Positions 1-12,722 of a stretch of DNA of 64,000 nt are shown one piece after another. This DNA comes from Alphaproteobacteria bacterium. GTDB lineage: Bacteria > Pseudomonadota > Alphaproteobacteria > MPNO01. The stretch is from positions 704,001-768,000 of the forward strand of contig CBDFLJ010000002.1 of NCBI GenBank assembly GCA_965248835.1, given 5' to 3'. How positions within the stretch are numbered: the first letter of the stretch is position 1; the number at the start of each line of letters is the position of its first letter. Below the pieces are notes generated by a model. It was not told the DNA's origin. It was given only the letters and a program-made list of their open reading frames with translations, and ran no database searches. The position numbers and the translations under genes are program-made.

Positions 1-224
1 CTTCACCCCGTCACCAACTTCTGGCCATAGCTCCTTGGCAGGCGGGATCATTGGCGCGATCAGCGCCCACTCGGCGTCGGTCAGATCACTCGGATAGCGA
101 AGTCCGCGACGCTCCGCCGCGCGGCGGTGTTCCGCAGTCCACATCGGGCTTCCTCCTGTAAACCGGATGCCCAGCACAGAATCACAAACGATTCTTCCGA
201 TTCAAGAACTTTCCGGAAGGGCTC
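1..224 (-). mobile_element. IS5-family (IS1031/IS427-like) left end with N-terminal transposase fragment
   Basis: ATG at 144 reads MWTAEHRRAAERRGLRYPSDLTDAEWALIAPMIPPAK, a typical IS5 N-terminus, with a GGAGG RBS. End-like GAGCCCTTCCGGAAAG at 224-209. Similarity breaks after PPAK. Confidence 0.75.
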
Positions 225-1264
225 TAAGGGGCATCAACTGAAGGTTCTGCAGGTCCAGGCCATTTAGTCTGACAATGCCCTCTTCCGTGCGGCCGGCATG
301 TGGCGACGTTATCCAGGTACCACCGGTAGGTCGCGGCGATTCCCTCGGCCAGGCCGATCCGCGGCTGCCAGCCCAGCGCGGCCAGCCTCCCGCCCGCCAG
401 CGCCTTGCGCGGCGCGCCGTCGGGGTACTCGGTGCGGAAGACGATTTCGCCCTCGAACCCGACCTCCGCGGCAACCAGTTCGGCCAGCGCGTGGATCGAC
501 AACTCCTGCCCGCTGCCGACATTGATGTGCGACTCGTCCGAATAGGTCTTCATCAGGTGGACCAGCGCATCGGCGAGGTCGTCGATATGCATGAACTCGC
601 GCAACGGATCGCCGCTGCCGCACACCTCGAAAGACCCGCCGAGCCGCTTCGCCCGATCCGCCTTGACCAGAAGCGCCGGCAGGACATGGCTGGTTTCCAG
701 GTCGAAATCGTCGTTCGGCCCATAGAGGTTGGTCGGCATCGCCGAGATGAAATCGCAGCCGTGCTGGCGGCGGTAGGACTGGCACAACCTGATACCGGCG
801 ATCTTGGCGATGGCGTACCACTGGTTGGTCGGCTCCAGCGGGCCGGTGAGCAGCGCCTCTTCGGCCATCGGCTGCGGCGCCAATCGGGGGTAGATGCACG
901 ATGAGCCGAGGAACAGCAGCTTCTCCGCTCCGGTCTCGCGGGCGCCGTGGATAATATTGGCTTCGATCAACAGGTTGTCGTACAGGAAGTCGGCCGGATA
1001 TCTGTCGTTGGCGCGGATTCCGCCCACCGTCGCGGCGGCCAGGAACACCGCCTGGGGCCGGGTTTCGCGCATCCAGCGCTCGACATCGTGCTGGCGGCGA
1101 AGATCGAGCTGGCCACGGTCGACACTCAGGATCTCGCAGCCCTCGCCGACCAGCCGGCGCAACAGCGCCGCGCCGACCATTCCGCGATGGCCAGCCACCC
1201 AGACACGCTTGCCGGCAAGCTCATAAGGCAAGGCTTGACCGCCCGAGGTCGCGTGCGCCGCCAT
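224..1264 (-). CDS. fcl: GDP-L-fucose synthase
   Basis: [24 protein letters not shown] and MPTNLYGP motifs; adjacent to gmd. The C-terminal tail runs into IS-derived sequence. Confidence 0.93.
   Translation of the reverse strand: MAAHATSGGQALPYELAGKRVWVAGHRGMVGAALLRRLVGEGCEILSVDRGQLDLRRQHDVERWMRETRPQAVFLAAATVGGIRANDRYPADFLYDNLLIEANIIHGARETGAEKLLFLGSSCIYPRLAPQPMAEEALLTGPLEPTNQWYAIAKIAGIRLCQSYRRQHGCDFISAMPTNLYGPNDDFDLETSHVLPALLVKADRAKRLGGSFEVCGSGDPLREFMHIDDLADALVHLMKTYSDESHINVGSGQELSIHALAELVAAEVGFEGEIVFRTEYPDGAPRKALAGGRLAALGWQPRIGLAEGIAATYRWYLDNVATCRPHGRGHCQTKWPGPAEPSVDAP
261..279 (-). mobile_element. Possible IS6-family terminal repeat remnant inside the fcl 3' end
   Basis: Minus strand GGCATTGTCAGACTAAATG resembles IS6-type ends and lies where fcl similarity stops. 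Confidence 0.4.
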
Positions 1265-2312
1265 TGGCCAAGGCGGCCATGTCGCTTGCCACCATCTCCC
1301 GCACGAGCTCCTCGAAGGTGGTGCACGCTCGCCAACCGAGCCGCTGGTGCGCCTTGCTCGCGTCGCCCAGCAGCGTATCGACCTCGGTGGGCCGGAAATA
1401 GCGTGGGTCTACGCGCACTAGGACTGCGCCGCTGGCGGCGTCGACGCCGATCTCGTCGACGCCCTCGCCGGACCAGGTGATCCGGTACCCGGCTTCGGCG
1501 AAGGCGAGCTCGACGAACTCTCGCACCGAATGGCTTTGCCCGGTCGCCAGCACATAGTCGTCGGGCTCGTCCTGCTGCAGCATCAACCACATTCCCTCGA
1601 CATAGTCACGGACATGGCCCCAATCGCGCCACGCATCGAGATTGCCGAGATAGAGGCAGTCTTGCTGCCGGGCATGGATCGCCGCCACGGCGCGGGTGAT
1701 CTTGCGGGTGACGAAGGTCTCGCCGCGGGTCGGACCTTCGTGGTTGAACAAAATGCCATTGGAGGCATGGAAGCCGTAGGCTTCGCGGTAGTTCACCGTG
1801 ATCCAATAGGCATAGAGCTTTGCCGCCGCGTAAGGGCTGCGCGGATGAAACGGCGTGGTTTCGCGCTGCGGCGACTCGCGCGCCATTCCATACAGTTCCG
1901 ACGTCGAAGCCTGGTAGAACCGGACCCGATCGGAGATGCCAAGAATGCGAATCGCCTCAAGCAAGCGCAAAGTGCCGAGTGCATCGGCGTTCGCGGTGTA
2001 TTCCGGGGTCTCGAAGCTGACCTGAACATGGCTTTGCGCGGCCAGATTGTAGATTTCGGTCGGCTGGGTTTCCTGCACGATGCGGATCAGATTCGACGCG
2101 TCGGTGAGGTCGCCGTAATGCAGGTAGAAATCGGTCTTTCCGACATTGTGCTCATGCGGATCGACATAAAGGTGATCGACACGGTCGGTGTTGATCAGCG
2201 AAGACCGCCGCTTGATTCCATGCACCTGGTAGCCCTTGTCGAGCAGAAACTCGGCAAGACAGGCGCCGTCCTGGCCGGTCGCGCCAGTGATCAAGGCAAC
2301 ATGACCGGGCAT
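1221..2312 (-). CDS. gmd: GDP-mannose 4,6-dehydratase
   Basis: [36 protein letters not shown] and [10 protein letters not shown] motifs. Confidence 0.96.
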   Translation of the reverse strand: MPGHVALITGATGQDGACLAEFLLDKGYQVHGIKRRSSLINTDRVDHLYVDPHEHNVGKTDFYLHYGDLTDASNLIRIVQETQPTEIYNLAAQSHVQVSFETPEYTANADALGTLRLLEAIRILGISDRVRFYQASTSELYGMARESPQRETTPFHPRSPYAAAKLYAYWITVNYREAYGFHASNGILFNHEGPTRGETFVTRKITRAVAAIHARQQDCLYLGNLDAWRDWGHVRDYVEGMWLMLQQDEPDDYVLATGQSHSVREFVELAFAEAGYRITWSGEGVDEIGVDAASGAVLVRVDPRYFRPTEVDTLLGDASKAHQRLGWRACTTFEELVREMVASDMAALANGGARDLGRSSLAL

Positions 2313-2531
2313 GCGAAGCGCCGTTCCTTCAATACCTGGGCGCCGCCAACTTAACGCAAAGCGCCGAGCGGTTCAAACGGATAGCGAAGATCGGCCGGCC
2401 GCGGGCCGAGGGTGACTCGAAAAACCGAGGACAGTGAGTTGATTTTGAACCGAATAATAAGCATCGTAGCCGGTTTTTCCCGGCTCGATCGGAAATGCTT
2501 TAGGCTGTTCGGATCACAGTGGGGAAATGCC

Positions 2532-3105
2532 GTGAGCGCGGTGTTCATCACCTCTTCCGGGACCGGGATCGGCAAGACGTGGTTGCCGCCGCGCTCGCCT
2601 GCCAGTTGGACGAGGCCGGTCGCGCGGCCAGGGTGTTGAAACCCGTATTGAGCGGGTTCGATCCGGACGCCTCGGAATCCTCCGATGCCGCGGCGCGGCG
2701 TTGTGCGACTCCTGCCGCGCGGCGATCGCGGAGGCCCGCGCGGCCGGACAGGCGCTGATCATCGAGGGGGTCGGTGGCGTGATGGTCCCCTTGAACCGGC
2801 GCCCGACGGTGCTCGATTGGATCGATGTGCTGGCGATTCCGGCGGTCCTGGTCGTCGGCAGCTATCTGGGCGCGCTGAGCCGCGCTTTGAGCGCGGCCTC
2901 GGTGCTCGCCGAGCGCGGCATCGGATTGGCGGTGATCGTCGTCAGCGAATCAGCCCAGAGCGTCGGCATCGAGGCGACCGTGGAGACGCTGGGTGATTTC
3001 TTGCCCGGCGCGAAAATACTTGGCGTGCCGCGAATCGAGACCGCCGCCGAGCCGTGGCGCCGGGCGCCGGGCGCCGGCACTGGGGAGATCTGCCTCGACG
3101 GTTAG
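2532..3105 (+). pseudogene. bioD: Dethiobiotin synthase, frameshifted and internally deleted
   Basis: VFITSSGTGIGKT P-loop, LKPVLSG and LIIEGVGGVMVPL lie in different frames; the central part is missing. Confidence 0.85.
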
Positions 3106-4412
3106 AGCGCCTGGACGATCTCCTCGGTCATCTTCTTGGCGTCGTCGAACAGCATCATGGTGTTGTCTCTGTAGAACAGCTCGTTGTCGACCCCGGCATA
3201 GCCCGGGGCGAGCGAGCGCTTGACGAACAGCACCGTGCTCGATTTGGCGACCTCCAGGATCGGCATGCCGAAGATCGGGCTCTGCGGGTCGGTCTTGGCC
3301 GCCGGGTTGGTGACGTCGTTGGCGCCGATGACGTATGCAACGTCCGCGGTCGCGAACGCGTTGTTGATCTCCTCGAGCTCGAAGACCTCGTCGTAGGGAA
3401 CACTCGCCTCGGCCAGGAGCACGTTCATATGCCCCGGCATGCGGCCGGCGACCGGATGGATCGCAAAGGCGATGTCGACGCCTTTGTCCTTCAACATGTC
3501 GGTCATCTCGCGCAGCGCGTGCTGGGCCTGGGCGACGGCCATCCCATAGCCGGGCACGATGATCACCTTGGACGCATTCTTCATCACGAAGGCCGCGTCC
3601 TCGGCGCTGCCCGCCTTCACGCCCCGGTCGGCCGCGTGCATGGCACTCGGCGTATCGCCGGCGATGCCGAAGCCGCCCAGGATCACGTTGAAAAAGGACC
3701 GGTTCATCCCCTTGCACATGATGTAGCTGAGGATCGCTCCGGACGAGCCGACCAGGGCACCGGTGATGATCAGCAGCGTGTTGGACAGGGTGAAGCCGAT
3801 CCCGCAGGCCGCCCATCCCGAATAGGAGTTGAGCATCGAGATCACTACCGGCATATCCGCCCCGCCGATCGGGATGATGATCAGGAACCCGAGCGCAAAC
3901 GCCAGCAGCAGCACCATCCAATAGGCCGCAACGGTCTCGGTCGAGCAGAACCAGACGCCGAGCCCGACCAGAACGACCCCGAGCGCGGCGTTCAGCGGAT
4001 GCTGGCCGCGAAAGATCAGCGGCGCGCCGGAGACCAGCCCCTGCAGCTTGGCGAAGGCCACGATCGAGCCGGAAAAGGTGACCGCGCCGACCGCGGTGCC
4101 GATCGACATCTCGATCAGGCTCGCGGTCTTGATCGACCCGATCGTACCGATGCCGTAGGACTCCGGCGAATAGAGCGCGGCCGTGGCCACCGCTGCCGCG
4201 GCGAGCCCGACAAGGCTGTGGAACGCAGCCACGAGCTGGGGCAAGGCCGTCATCCGGATGCGCAGCGCGACCACGGTGCCGATCGCACCGCCGATCAGGA
4301 TTCCGGCGGCGATGATCTCGAAGGAGATCACGTTGGGGTCCGCGAGCGTGGTCAGGATGGCGATCACCATGCCGGCGACGCCGATCGCGTTGCCGCGCCG
4401 CGCCAGGATGAA
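3102..4412 (-). pseudogene. pntB: NAD(P) transhydrogenase beta subunit, 5'-truncated, no alpha subunit alongside
   Basis: IGGADMPVVISMLNSYSG, PGYGMAVAQAQ and HPVAGRMPGHMNVLLAEA motifs. ORF 3102-4370 is open, but upstream FILA-RRGN lacks the first helix and loop. Confidence 0.8.
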
Positions 4413-4441
4413 GTGTCCCCCGTCAGCGCCTATGAGACAGA

Positions 4442-4867
4442 TTGGGGGTATTGAATAAAGGAGGATATCGGGTGCCTGCCCCGGAGATCATCCTGCCCCA
4501 ACTCGCCGCCTGGCCGACTCGGCGGACCGGCAGCCTGCTCGATCTGCTGGCGCGTTTCGTCCATCTGCAGACCGGAGAGAAGCGCGACAATCAGGGGCGT
4601 AGGGCAAAGGTCGAGTTGATGATCTTCCCCCGCTACCACCAACTCGATGCCGTCCGCATGTTGGTGGACGCGGCACGGCGCGACGGCGTGGGCCATAACT
4701 ACCTGATCGAGCATTCCGCCGGCGCCGGCAAGAGCAACACCATCTACTGGCTTGCCCACCGCCTCGCGTCGCTACGCGACGCGGCCGACCGGCGGGTTTT
4801 CGACAGCGTGCTCGTGGTGACCGACCGCGTGGTGCTCGACCAGAAATTGCAGGACACCATCTACTGA
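4442..4867 (+). pseudogene. hsdR: Type I restriction enzyme R subunit internal fragment
   Basis: IFPRYHQLDAV, NYLIEHSAGAGKSNTI and VVTDRVVLDQKLQDTI; cut by an IS end at 4865. Confidence 0.88.
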
Positions 4868-5016
4868 ACCGTGCCGGGTTTGCCGGAGGCCATTTTGTTT
4901 GAGTCACGCCACCATGGGAGATTGCTCCAGCATGGCGTAGCAGAGTTCCTCGGCTTCGACCGGCGGGATGTTGCCGATGGGCTCCAGGAGCCGCCGGTTG
5001 TTGAACCAGTCCACCA
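4865..5016 (-). mobile_element. IS3-family right end with transposase C-terminal fragment
   Basis: End TGAACCGTGCCGGGTTTGCCGGAG; the minus strand reads VDWFNNRRLLEPIGNIPPVEAEE. Confidence 0.8.
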
Positions 5017-5094
5017 CAGGCCCAACAGCATCAACAGAAGAGCTCAATCCACAATGCTCTCGACAGCACCGTCACGTTCCCACTGGAGAAAAGA

Positions 5095-5143
5095 CCGAAC
5101 ATGAACTAACTTTCAAACCGGACTACCCGGTGCGGGCCGGTCA
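5095..5143 (+). mobile_element. IS3-family (IS407-group-like) right-end remnant
   Basis: CTAACTTTCAAACCGGACTACCCGGTGCGGGCCGGTCA resembles IS407-group right ends. Confidence 0.5.
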
Positions 5144-5182
5144 GCGCTGCATCCCACCGTAAACGAGCAAGACGCTTGACCC

Positions 5183-6595
5183 ATGGAACAGCACCTGCAG
5201 GGTCTGCCCAGTCAAAACCACTCGAAGCTCGCGTTCGTTCATCGGATAGCGGACGCTCTCATCATCATGCTCGTGCTCCGGGTGAGCGCCGCCCTCTACG
5301 GCAACGTTTGGAGCGAGCGCTACCTCACCGCGAGCGTGTTCGCAATGGCTCTCTTCTATCTCTTCGGCGAGAGCCTGCGACTCTATCGCCCCTGGCATGG
5401 CAATCCGGCGCGGGAACTGCTCCCGCTGATCATTTTCGCCTGGGTATCCGCGGGATTGGGACTCGTCGTGCTCGCCTGGATAACGAAGATCACCGCCGAT
5501 TACTCCCGGGTGACCATCGGTCTGTGGATGATCTTCACACCGCTCATTCTGATACTGTGGCGAGTAGCTCTTCGCTCACTCCTCCGTGTGCTGCGGGCGC
5601 AGAGCCAGAGCGCGCGGCGCGTGGCGATCGCCGGCGCGAACGAGCATGGCGAACGCCTCGCGGAGATCGTGACATCCACTCCGTCTCTCGGGCTGCGGCT
5701 GATCGGATTCTTCGACGATCGGCGAGCCGAGGAAGCACAGCGAAAGCAGGACCTGCCGGCACCGTTCGCCGGAGATTTCAATGCCCTGGTGGAGCAGGCG
5801 CGGGCCGGGCAGCTAGACATCATCTACATCACGCTGCCGACGAAGGCGGAAGAGCAGATCAGCCGATTAATCGATCGGCTCTCCGACACCCCCGCCGCGG
5901 TCTACATTGCTCCGAATTTCTTCATCTACAATCTGCTCCATTCCCGCTGGGTCAACGTCGAGTCGATACCGATGATCAGTGTGTTCGAGTCGCCCTTCCT
6001 AGGGATCGAGGGATGGACGAAGCGGCTCGAGGACATCGTGCTTTCGATCTTCATTCTGATCATCGCCGCGGTCCCGATGCTGGTGATTGCGGCGGCGATC
6101 CGAGTGAGCGCTCCCGGCCCGATTATATTCAAGCAGAGGCGCTATGGACTCGATGGCCGAAAGTTCATGATGTGGAAGTTTCGCACCATGACCGTAGGGG
6201 AAGACGACGAGAATCTCGTGCAGGCCCGCAAGGAAGACGATCGAGTTACCCCGCTCGGCGCGTTCCTGCGGCGCACGTCGCTCGACGAGCTGCCCCAATT
6301 CTTCAACGTCCTGCTCGGCGACATGTCCATCGTGGGACCAAGACCTCATGCGGTGGCACACAACGAGAAGTATCGCAAGCTGATCTCGGGCTACATGTTG
6401 CGCCACAAGGTAAAGCCGGGGATCACGGGGTGGGCGCAGATCAACGGTTGGCGGGGAGAAACCGATACCATCGACAAGATGGAGCGCCGGATCCAGTTCG
6501 ATCTGTGGTACATTCAGAGTTGGTCCGTCTGGTTAGACCTGCGGATTATCGCGACGACGGTATTTCGGGGCTTTGTCAACGAGAACGCGTATTGA
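5183..6595 (+). CDS. wcaJ: Undecaprenyl-phosphate glucose phosphotransferase (priming glycosyltransferase)
   Basis: N-terminal TM helices; KFRTM, LDELPQFFNVL, MSIVGPRPH and KPGITGWAQING motifs. Confidence 0.92.
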   Translation: MEQHLQGLPSQNHSKLAFVHRIADALIIMLVLRVSAALYGNVWSERYLTASVFAMALFYLFGESLRLYRPWHGNPARELLPLIIFAWVSAGLGLVVLAWITKITADYSRVTIGLWMIFTPLILILWRVALRSLLRVLRAQSQSARRVAIAGANEHGERLAEIVTSTPSLGLRLIGFFDDRRAEEAQRKQDLPAPFAGDFNALVEQARAGQLDIIYITLPTKAEEQISRLIDRLSDTPAAVYIAPNFFIYNLLHSRWVNVESIPMISVFESPFLGIEGWTKRLEDIVLSIFILIIAAVPMLVIAAAIRVSAPGPIIFKQRRYGLDGRKFMMWKFRTMTVGEDDENLVQARKEDDRVTPLGAFLRRTSLDELPQFFNVLLGDMSIVGPRPHAVAHNEKYRKLISGYMLRHKVKPGITGWAQINGWRGETDTIDKMERRIQFDLWYIQSWSVWLDLRIIATTVFRGFVNENAY

Positions 6596-6612
6596 GACCG
6601 GAAAAGGCCAGC

Positions 6613-6978
6613 ATGGAGCGCATTCTTGTCACCCGAGCCTGGGGATTCATTGGCCATCACCTGATCACCTATCTCAAAGAGCGGCAGTACTGGGGTGCGC
6701 GGGGTCGACATCAAGCAACCCGAGTTCATCGGTACCGACGCCGACGAGTTCGAACTGCTCGATCTCCGGCGCTGGGATGACTGCCTGCGAGCCACCCGTG
6801 ATGTCGACCACGTCTACGCGCTGGCGGCCGACATGGGCGGAATGGGATTCATCTCGTCGAACCATGCGACCATCCTGCGCAACAACGCACTGATCAACCT
6901 CCACACTTTGGATACGGCACGGGTCAATAGCGTGGGCCGCTACCTATTCACGTCTTCTGGGTGCATTTTCCCCGAGCA
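6613..6978 (+). pseudogene. NAD-dependent epimerase (GDP-mannose 3',5'-epimerase-like), frameshifted and truncated
   Basis: Degenerate Rossmann motif VTRAWGFIG, frameshift near 6695, LAADMGGMGFI and FTSSGCIFP; fused to IS sequence. Confidence 0.82.
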
Positions 6979-7045
6979 TCACTCGTATTCGAACTGGCGC
7001 TGGCACCTTGATGAGGTGTTTGTCCGGATCAACGGCGAGACACAT
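6979..7045 (+). mobile_element. IS6-family transposase internal fragment
   Basis: NWRWHLDEVFVRINGETH matches the first DDE motif of IS6 transposases. Confidence 0.75.
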
Positions 7046-7083
7046 TGCACGCATCCGGTGAGGGCCGCTTTGTCGTATTTGGC

Positions 7084-7197
7084 GTAATTACCGAGTTTGT
7101 CACCTTCTGAAGTGGGCACTTTGGTTGTGCCCACGATGTCGAAGGTGGGCACGATCTTGATGTCGGAGGATATTGTTCCGATCGAAGCGATTGGGGT
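7084..7197 (+). mobile_element. Possible IS66-family left end and start of tnpA
   Basis: Begins GTAA...CACCTT, followed by a short ORF start cut by the next IS. Confidence 0.35.
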
Positions 7198-7571
7198 TGA
7201 CCTTCCCCCCGTGATCCGGGCCATAGCGGAAGAGAGTTTTCCCGAGGCGACTTTTGAAGGGAGAACTCGACATGAAGCGGAATCGGTTTACGGACGAACA
7301 GATCATCGGTGTGCTTCGGGAGCATGAGGCCGGCGGGACGGCGCGGGATCTGTGCCGTCGTCATGGGATCTCGGAGCAGACCTTCTATCGCTGGAAGTCG
7401 AAGTACGGCGGCATGGGCGTGTCCGAAGCGCGGCGCCTGAAGGATCTGGAATCGGAGAACGCCAAACTGAAGCGTCTTCTGGCGGAAGCGCACTTGGACA
7501 ACGCCTCGCTGAAGGATCTGCTATCAAAAAACTCTGGCAACACGGGCAGCTTCGCATGAGCTCCGCAAGGG
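7198..7571 (+). mobile_element. IS3-family IS407-group element, left end and orfA (7272-7559), truncated
   Basis: TGACCTTCCCCCC end; MKRNRFTDEQIIGVLREHEAG...YRWKSKYGGM; A6 slippery run near 7526; orfB absent. Confidence 0.88.
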
Positions 7572-7637
7572 TGAGGTGGCGCCGGAAAATCGGACAGGTA
7601 GCTAAGGTGTATTCCACCGCCTGACGGAGGAATACAG

Positions 7638-7922
7638 ATGAGCAGCAAACGACGCAGATTTTCAGGGGAGCTGAAGGCGAAGGTGGCGTTGGCGGCGCTT
7701 CGGGGCGACCGGACGCTTCAGGAGATCGCCTCGCAGCATCAGGTTCATCCGAACCAGGTAGGCGCCTGGAAGCGCCAGGCGATGGAGGGTCTGGTGGAGG
7801 TATTCTCGAAGGGCGCCGAGCGTCGGGTCCGGGACCATGAGAGCGAGGTCCGCGATCTTCACGCCAAGATCGGGGAGCTGATCGTGGAGCGGGATTTTTT
7901 ATCGCGCGGGTCCGGTCGATGA
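7638..7922 (+). CDS. IS3 transposase OrfA (HTH)
   Basis: RRFSGELKAKVALAAL...VHPNQVGAWK; GGAGG RBS. Confidence 0.9.
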   Translation: MSSKRRRFSGELKAKVALAALRGDRTLQEIASQHQVHPNQVGAWKRQAMEGLVEVFSKGAERRVRDHESEVRDLHAKIGELIVERDFLSRGSGR

Positions 7923-8890
7923 GCCGGCCGGAGCGCCGCGCGATGATTGTGCGCGACCACCCGGCGCTGAGCCTGAGCCGGCAATGCCGCTTGCTGTCGG
8001 TCGGGCGTTCCTCGCTCTACTACAAGCCCAAGGGCGAGAGCGCGGAGACGCTCGTGCTGATGCGGCGGATCGACGAGTTGTTCCTGAAGTACCCGTTTTA
8101 CGGCGCCCGCCGGATGGTGCTTCACCTGCGCCGCGAGGGCGTGCGTATCGGGCGCCGGCGGGCCGCACGGCTGATGCGCCTGATGGGGCTTCAGGCGATC
8201 TGGCGGGCGCCGCGGACCAGCGCGCCGCACCCCGAGCACCGGGTCTGGCCCTATCTGCTCAGGAGCTTGACGATCGAACGACCGAACCATGTCTGGTGTG
8301 CCGACATCACCTACATCCCGGTGCAGCGCGGCTTCCTTTACCTGGTGGCGATCATGGACTGGGCGAGCCGGTTCGTCCTGGCCTGGCGGCTGTCGAACAC
8401 GCTGGACGCGGGCTTCTGCACAGACACGCTCGACGAGGCCCTGGGTCGATACGGCAGGCCGGAGATATTCAACACCGACCAAGGCAGCCAGTTCACCAGC
8501 TTCGCCTTCACCGGGCGCCTGCAGGCGCCCGGCATCCGGGTCTCGATGGATGGCAGGGGCCGGTGCATGGACAACATCTTCATCGAGCGGCTGTGGCGCT
8601 CGCTCAAATACGAGGCGGTCTATCTCCACGAGATCGCCGACGGCTACGCCGCCCGGCGCCTGATCCGTGATTGGGTCCGCTTTTACAACCTCGAGAGGCC
8701 GCACGCGGCGCTGGACGGGCGAACCCCGGCCGAGGCATACCGCGGCGACCCGCCCGTGGATATGATGGACAAGCCGCTCCGCGCCTTGCCCTTGAACGCA
8801 TGCGTTCAAGGGCAAGGCGCAACAGCAGCAACAGGAAGATCGCATGAAAGGGATCCTGGCGGCCTGATCGATAACCGGAATACACCTTAA
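7919..8890 (+). CDS. IS3 transposase OrfB (DDE)
   Basis: WCADITYI, FNTDQGSQFTS and DNIFIERLWRSLKYE motifs. Confidence 0.92.
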   Translation: MSRPERRAMIVRDHPALSLSRQCRLLSVGRSSLYYKPKGESAETLVLMRRIDELFLKYPFYGARRMVLHLRREGVRIGRRRAARLMRLMGLQAIWRAPRTSAPHPEHRVWPYLLRSLTIERPNHVWCADITYIPVQRGFLYLVAIMDWASRFVLAWRLSNTLDAGFCTDTLDEALGRYGRPEIFNTDQGSQFTSFAFTGRLQAPGIRVSMDGRGRCMDNIFIERLWRSLKYEAVYLHEIADGYAARRLIRDWVRFYNLERPHAALDGRTPAEAYRGDPPVDMMDKPLRALPLNACVQGQGATAATGRSHERDPGGLIDNRNTP

Positions 8891-8950
8891 CTCAGCCGCC
8901 AGGCTGTCCGAAAAGGTGGAGCCACCTCACCCCCACCTGCGTGCACGCCA

Positions 8951-10695
8951 TCATTCTTCCGCCTCCGCATAGGGGCGGTAATCCACCAGCGCCGACCGGC
9001 CGACGATATCGATGATGCGAACCAGCATTTTCTTTCCGTCGGCGTCGGTGAGGCGCAGGTCTTCGCCGAGAACGAAGTGAACCGGCTGCTGGCGTCCTTC
9101 GTTGATGGCGATGTTGGAGGCATACAGGTAGGTTCTGTCGTGGGTATCCAGGATAGGGTTCAAGCGCCCGGTCAAGCCCGGAACCTGGCCGGTGGCCTCC
9201 GGAAAGATGACGGCGCCGCCCTCCGGCAGGGCTTCGAGTTCCAAGGCGAGCGCACCTCTGCTTGGCCGCCACTCCCGTTCCAGACAGGCGGCATGTCCTG
9301 AAGCGGCTGCGAACACCGTCATCGGAAGATGGGTCGTGTGCAGATCGACGGCCGCCTCGCCGTGTTCGTTCGTCGTGGCGCGCTTCCAGGTTTTGTTCGG
9401 AAACAGGACCAAAAGGTCGGCGTCCGGCAAGGGTTGGCCGACGGTCCGCACCGTGATGACAGCGCGCGCGGGACTTTGCTCCTGGGCTGACGCAGGAATG
9501 GTAAGGCACACTTCCGACCCGTCGATCAGCCGGTATTCGGGCAGTTGTCCGCTGAGTGCCCTGGTCTCGCGCTGGATGATGGGCACCCCGTCTCCGCGGC
9601 GCTCCATGAAATACTGCCGATCCTCCGAGCCTTCGACGCCCCCCACAGGCATTCGTCCCAGAACCGAGGTCAAGGCTTCGTTACGTGTCGCCTGCCGCGT
9701 TGCCATGCTGTCGATGGTCAGGTTGTTAGGCAGCGATCCGGGCGATTGAATTTCCAGGCGATCCTCAAACATCGACAGGCGGATCTTGCTGGCGCGCATC
9801 GAATAGTCGCGATGCGCCACGGCATTGACCACTGCCTCAAATAGCGCCTTGCCGCTGTACTGGGGCAGGTCCACGCGCGCCGGCTCCTTGCGCGCCGCAA
9901 CCCGCATGTTCCTTATGGCAAAGACCACCGCATCGGCGATTTGGCGGTTAAGCGGGCCGGTAATTTCCTGTGTGTCGATCTGGCCAGAGGCGCGGTCTTT
10001 GCCCCGATAGTGCGTAGCCGTTATGCAGGCGTTGGGAAGCCGCTGCTCGGGACTTCCGGTACACAACAACACCCCAGCTACCGTGGCCCGCGGAATTCCG
10101 GCCTCGTCGGGCGCCATGAGCGCCATCTTCCCGAGTGCTGACTCGGGGTCCGCAGCGCCCTCGGCGGTCAACAGTGGTTTCCAGAGCGATTCATCCAGCG
10201 TTCCGAATCCGGTATCTGGAAGAGTTTGCTCGTCGAACGACGGGAAACGCGCCTGTCCCCGTCGTTGCGCCAAGCGCAATCGCTCGTCGTTGGTCATCCT
10301 TCGCTTTGTGCCGCCTACGCGGATATAGCTTCCACCTGGGCTGTCGTGCAGCGATTCGCCCTGCGGCACTTCGAGCAGCAGCAACGGTTTGCCATCCAGT
10401 TGCGCGTGCTGGGTGCGGATGCGAACGGGCGGTACGATGGTGTCGGAGCTCACCTCCACCAGAACCCTATCCAGCTCGACAATCTGTTCGCCGGACATGC
10501 CCTGTACTTCGCCGTGGTCAGTGACGCCGCAGAGCAGCACGCCGCCGTCCGCATTGGCAAACGCCGCGATCTCGTCCGCCCAGTCATCGCGCCTGGGACT
10601 CCTCGGGCGGTTGCCGGCGAACTCGATCTGCTTGAACTCCCAGTGGCTGTCTTCGCCGAGGCCGAGTTGGCGTCTGATTTCTTCTTCTCTGTGGG

Positions 10696-10699
<4 letters not shown>
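8951..10699 (-). CDS. Schlafen/AlbA_2 domain + HATPase_c_4 (RecG-C-like) protein with an extra beta-rich C-terminal domain
   Basis: GEDSHWEFK...[17 protein letters not shown]; [16 protein letters not shown]...LEIQSPG...MERRGDG. Overlaps the hsdM stop codon. Confidence 0.85.
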
Positions 10700-12312
<1,613 letters not shown>

Positions 12313-12342
12313 GTAGCGTCTCTCCCGTTCTCGTCGTGCCGC

Positions 12343-12660
12343 CTAGCGAACCGCCTGGACCTTGAGGTGAAGCCCCTCGCGTTCCTGAAGGCAGCCGATG
12401 ATCTCGAACAGGTTCCGGGCCTGCGGATTGCCGTTCGGGCCGAACATGCGCATCAGGCTCTTGGGCGACTTGTCGGTCAACCCGCCAAGCTCCTGAAAGC
12501 CGATGGTGGCGTTGATGTAGTCGCGCAGCACCGCCTTGCCGGTATTCACATCGCCGGAAAGCAGGCACTCGACCCCTTCCTTGAGCAGCTCCTCGCGGAA
12601 CGCCGGGTCGCGCTCGATGCGGGCCTGGATCGTCGCCTTGAAGCTTCGTGTCAGGGACAT
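12343..12660 (-). CDS. Addiction-module antidote / HTH regulator (orphan antitoxin)
   Basis: [24 protein letters not shown]...[11 protein letters not shown]...[11 protein letters not shown]. Confidence 0.75.
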   Translation of the reverse strand: MSLTRSFKATIQARIERDPAFREELLKEGVECLLSGDVNTGKAVLRDYINATIGFQELGGLTDKSPKSLMRMFGPNGNPQARNLFEIIGCLQEREGLHLKVQAVR

Positions 12661-12722
12661 GGTTCTCAAGTCTCCCGTTGCTTGCGCTTCGATGTACGCC
12701 CTGGTTTCGATCATCGATAACA

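Larger units (their letters stand above)
7572..8929 (+). mobile_element. Apparently complete IS3-family element
   Basis: Inverted ends TGAGGTGGCGCCGGAAAATCGGACAG and CTGTCCGAAAAGGTGGAGCCACCTCA enclose orfA and orfB. No target duplication is evident. Confidence 0.92.

Noticed and set aside
4410-4460. Possible IS end between pntB and hsdR
   Set aside because: TGTCCCCCGTCAGCG...GACA looks terminal-repeat-like, but it has no partner end or transposase, so no family can be assigned.
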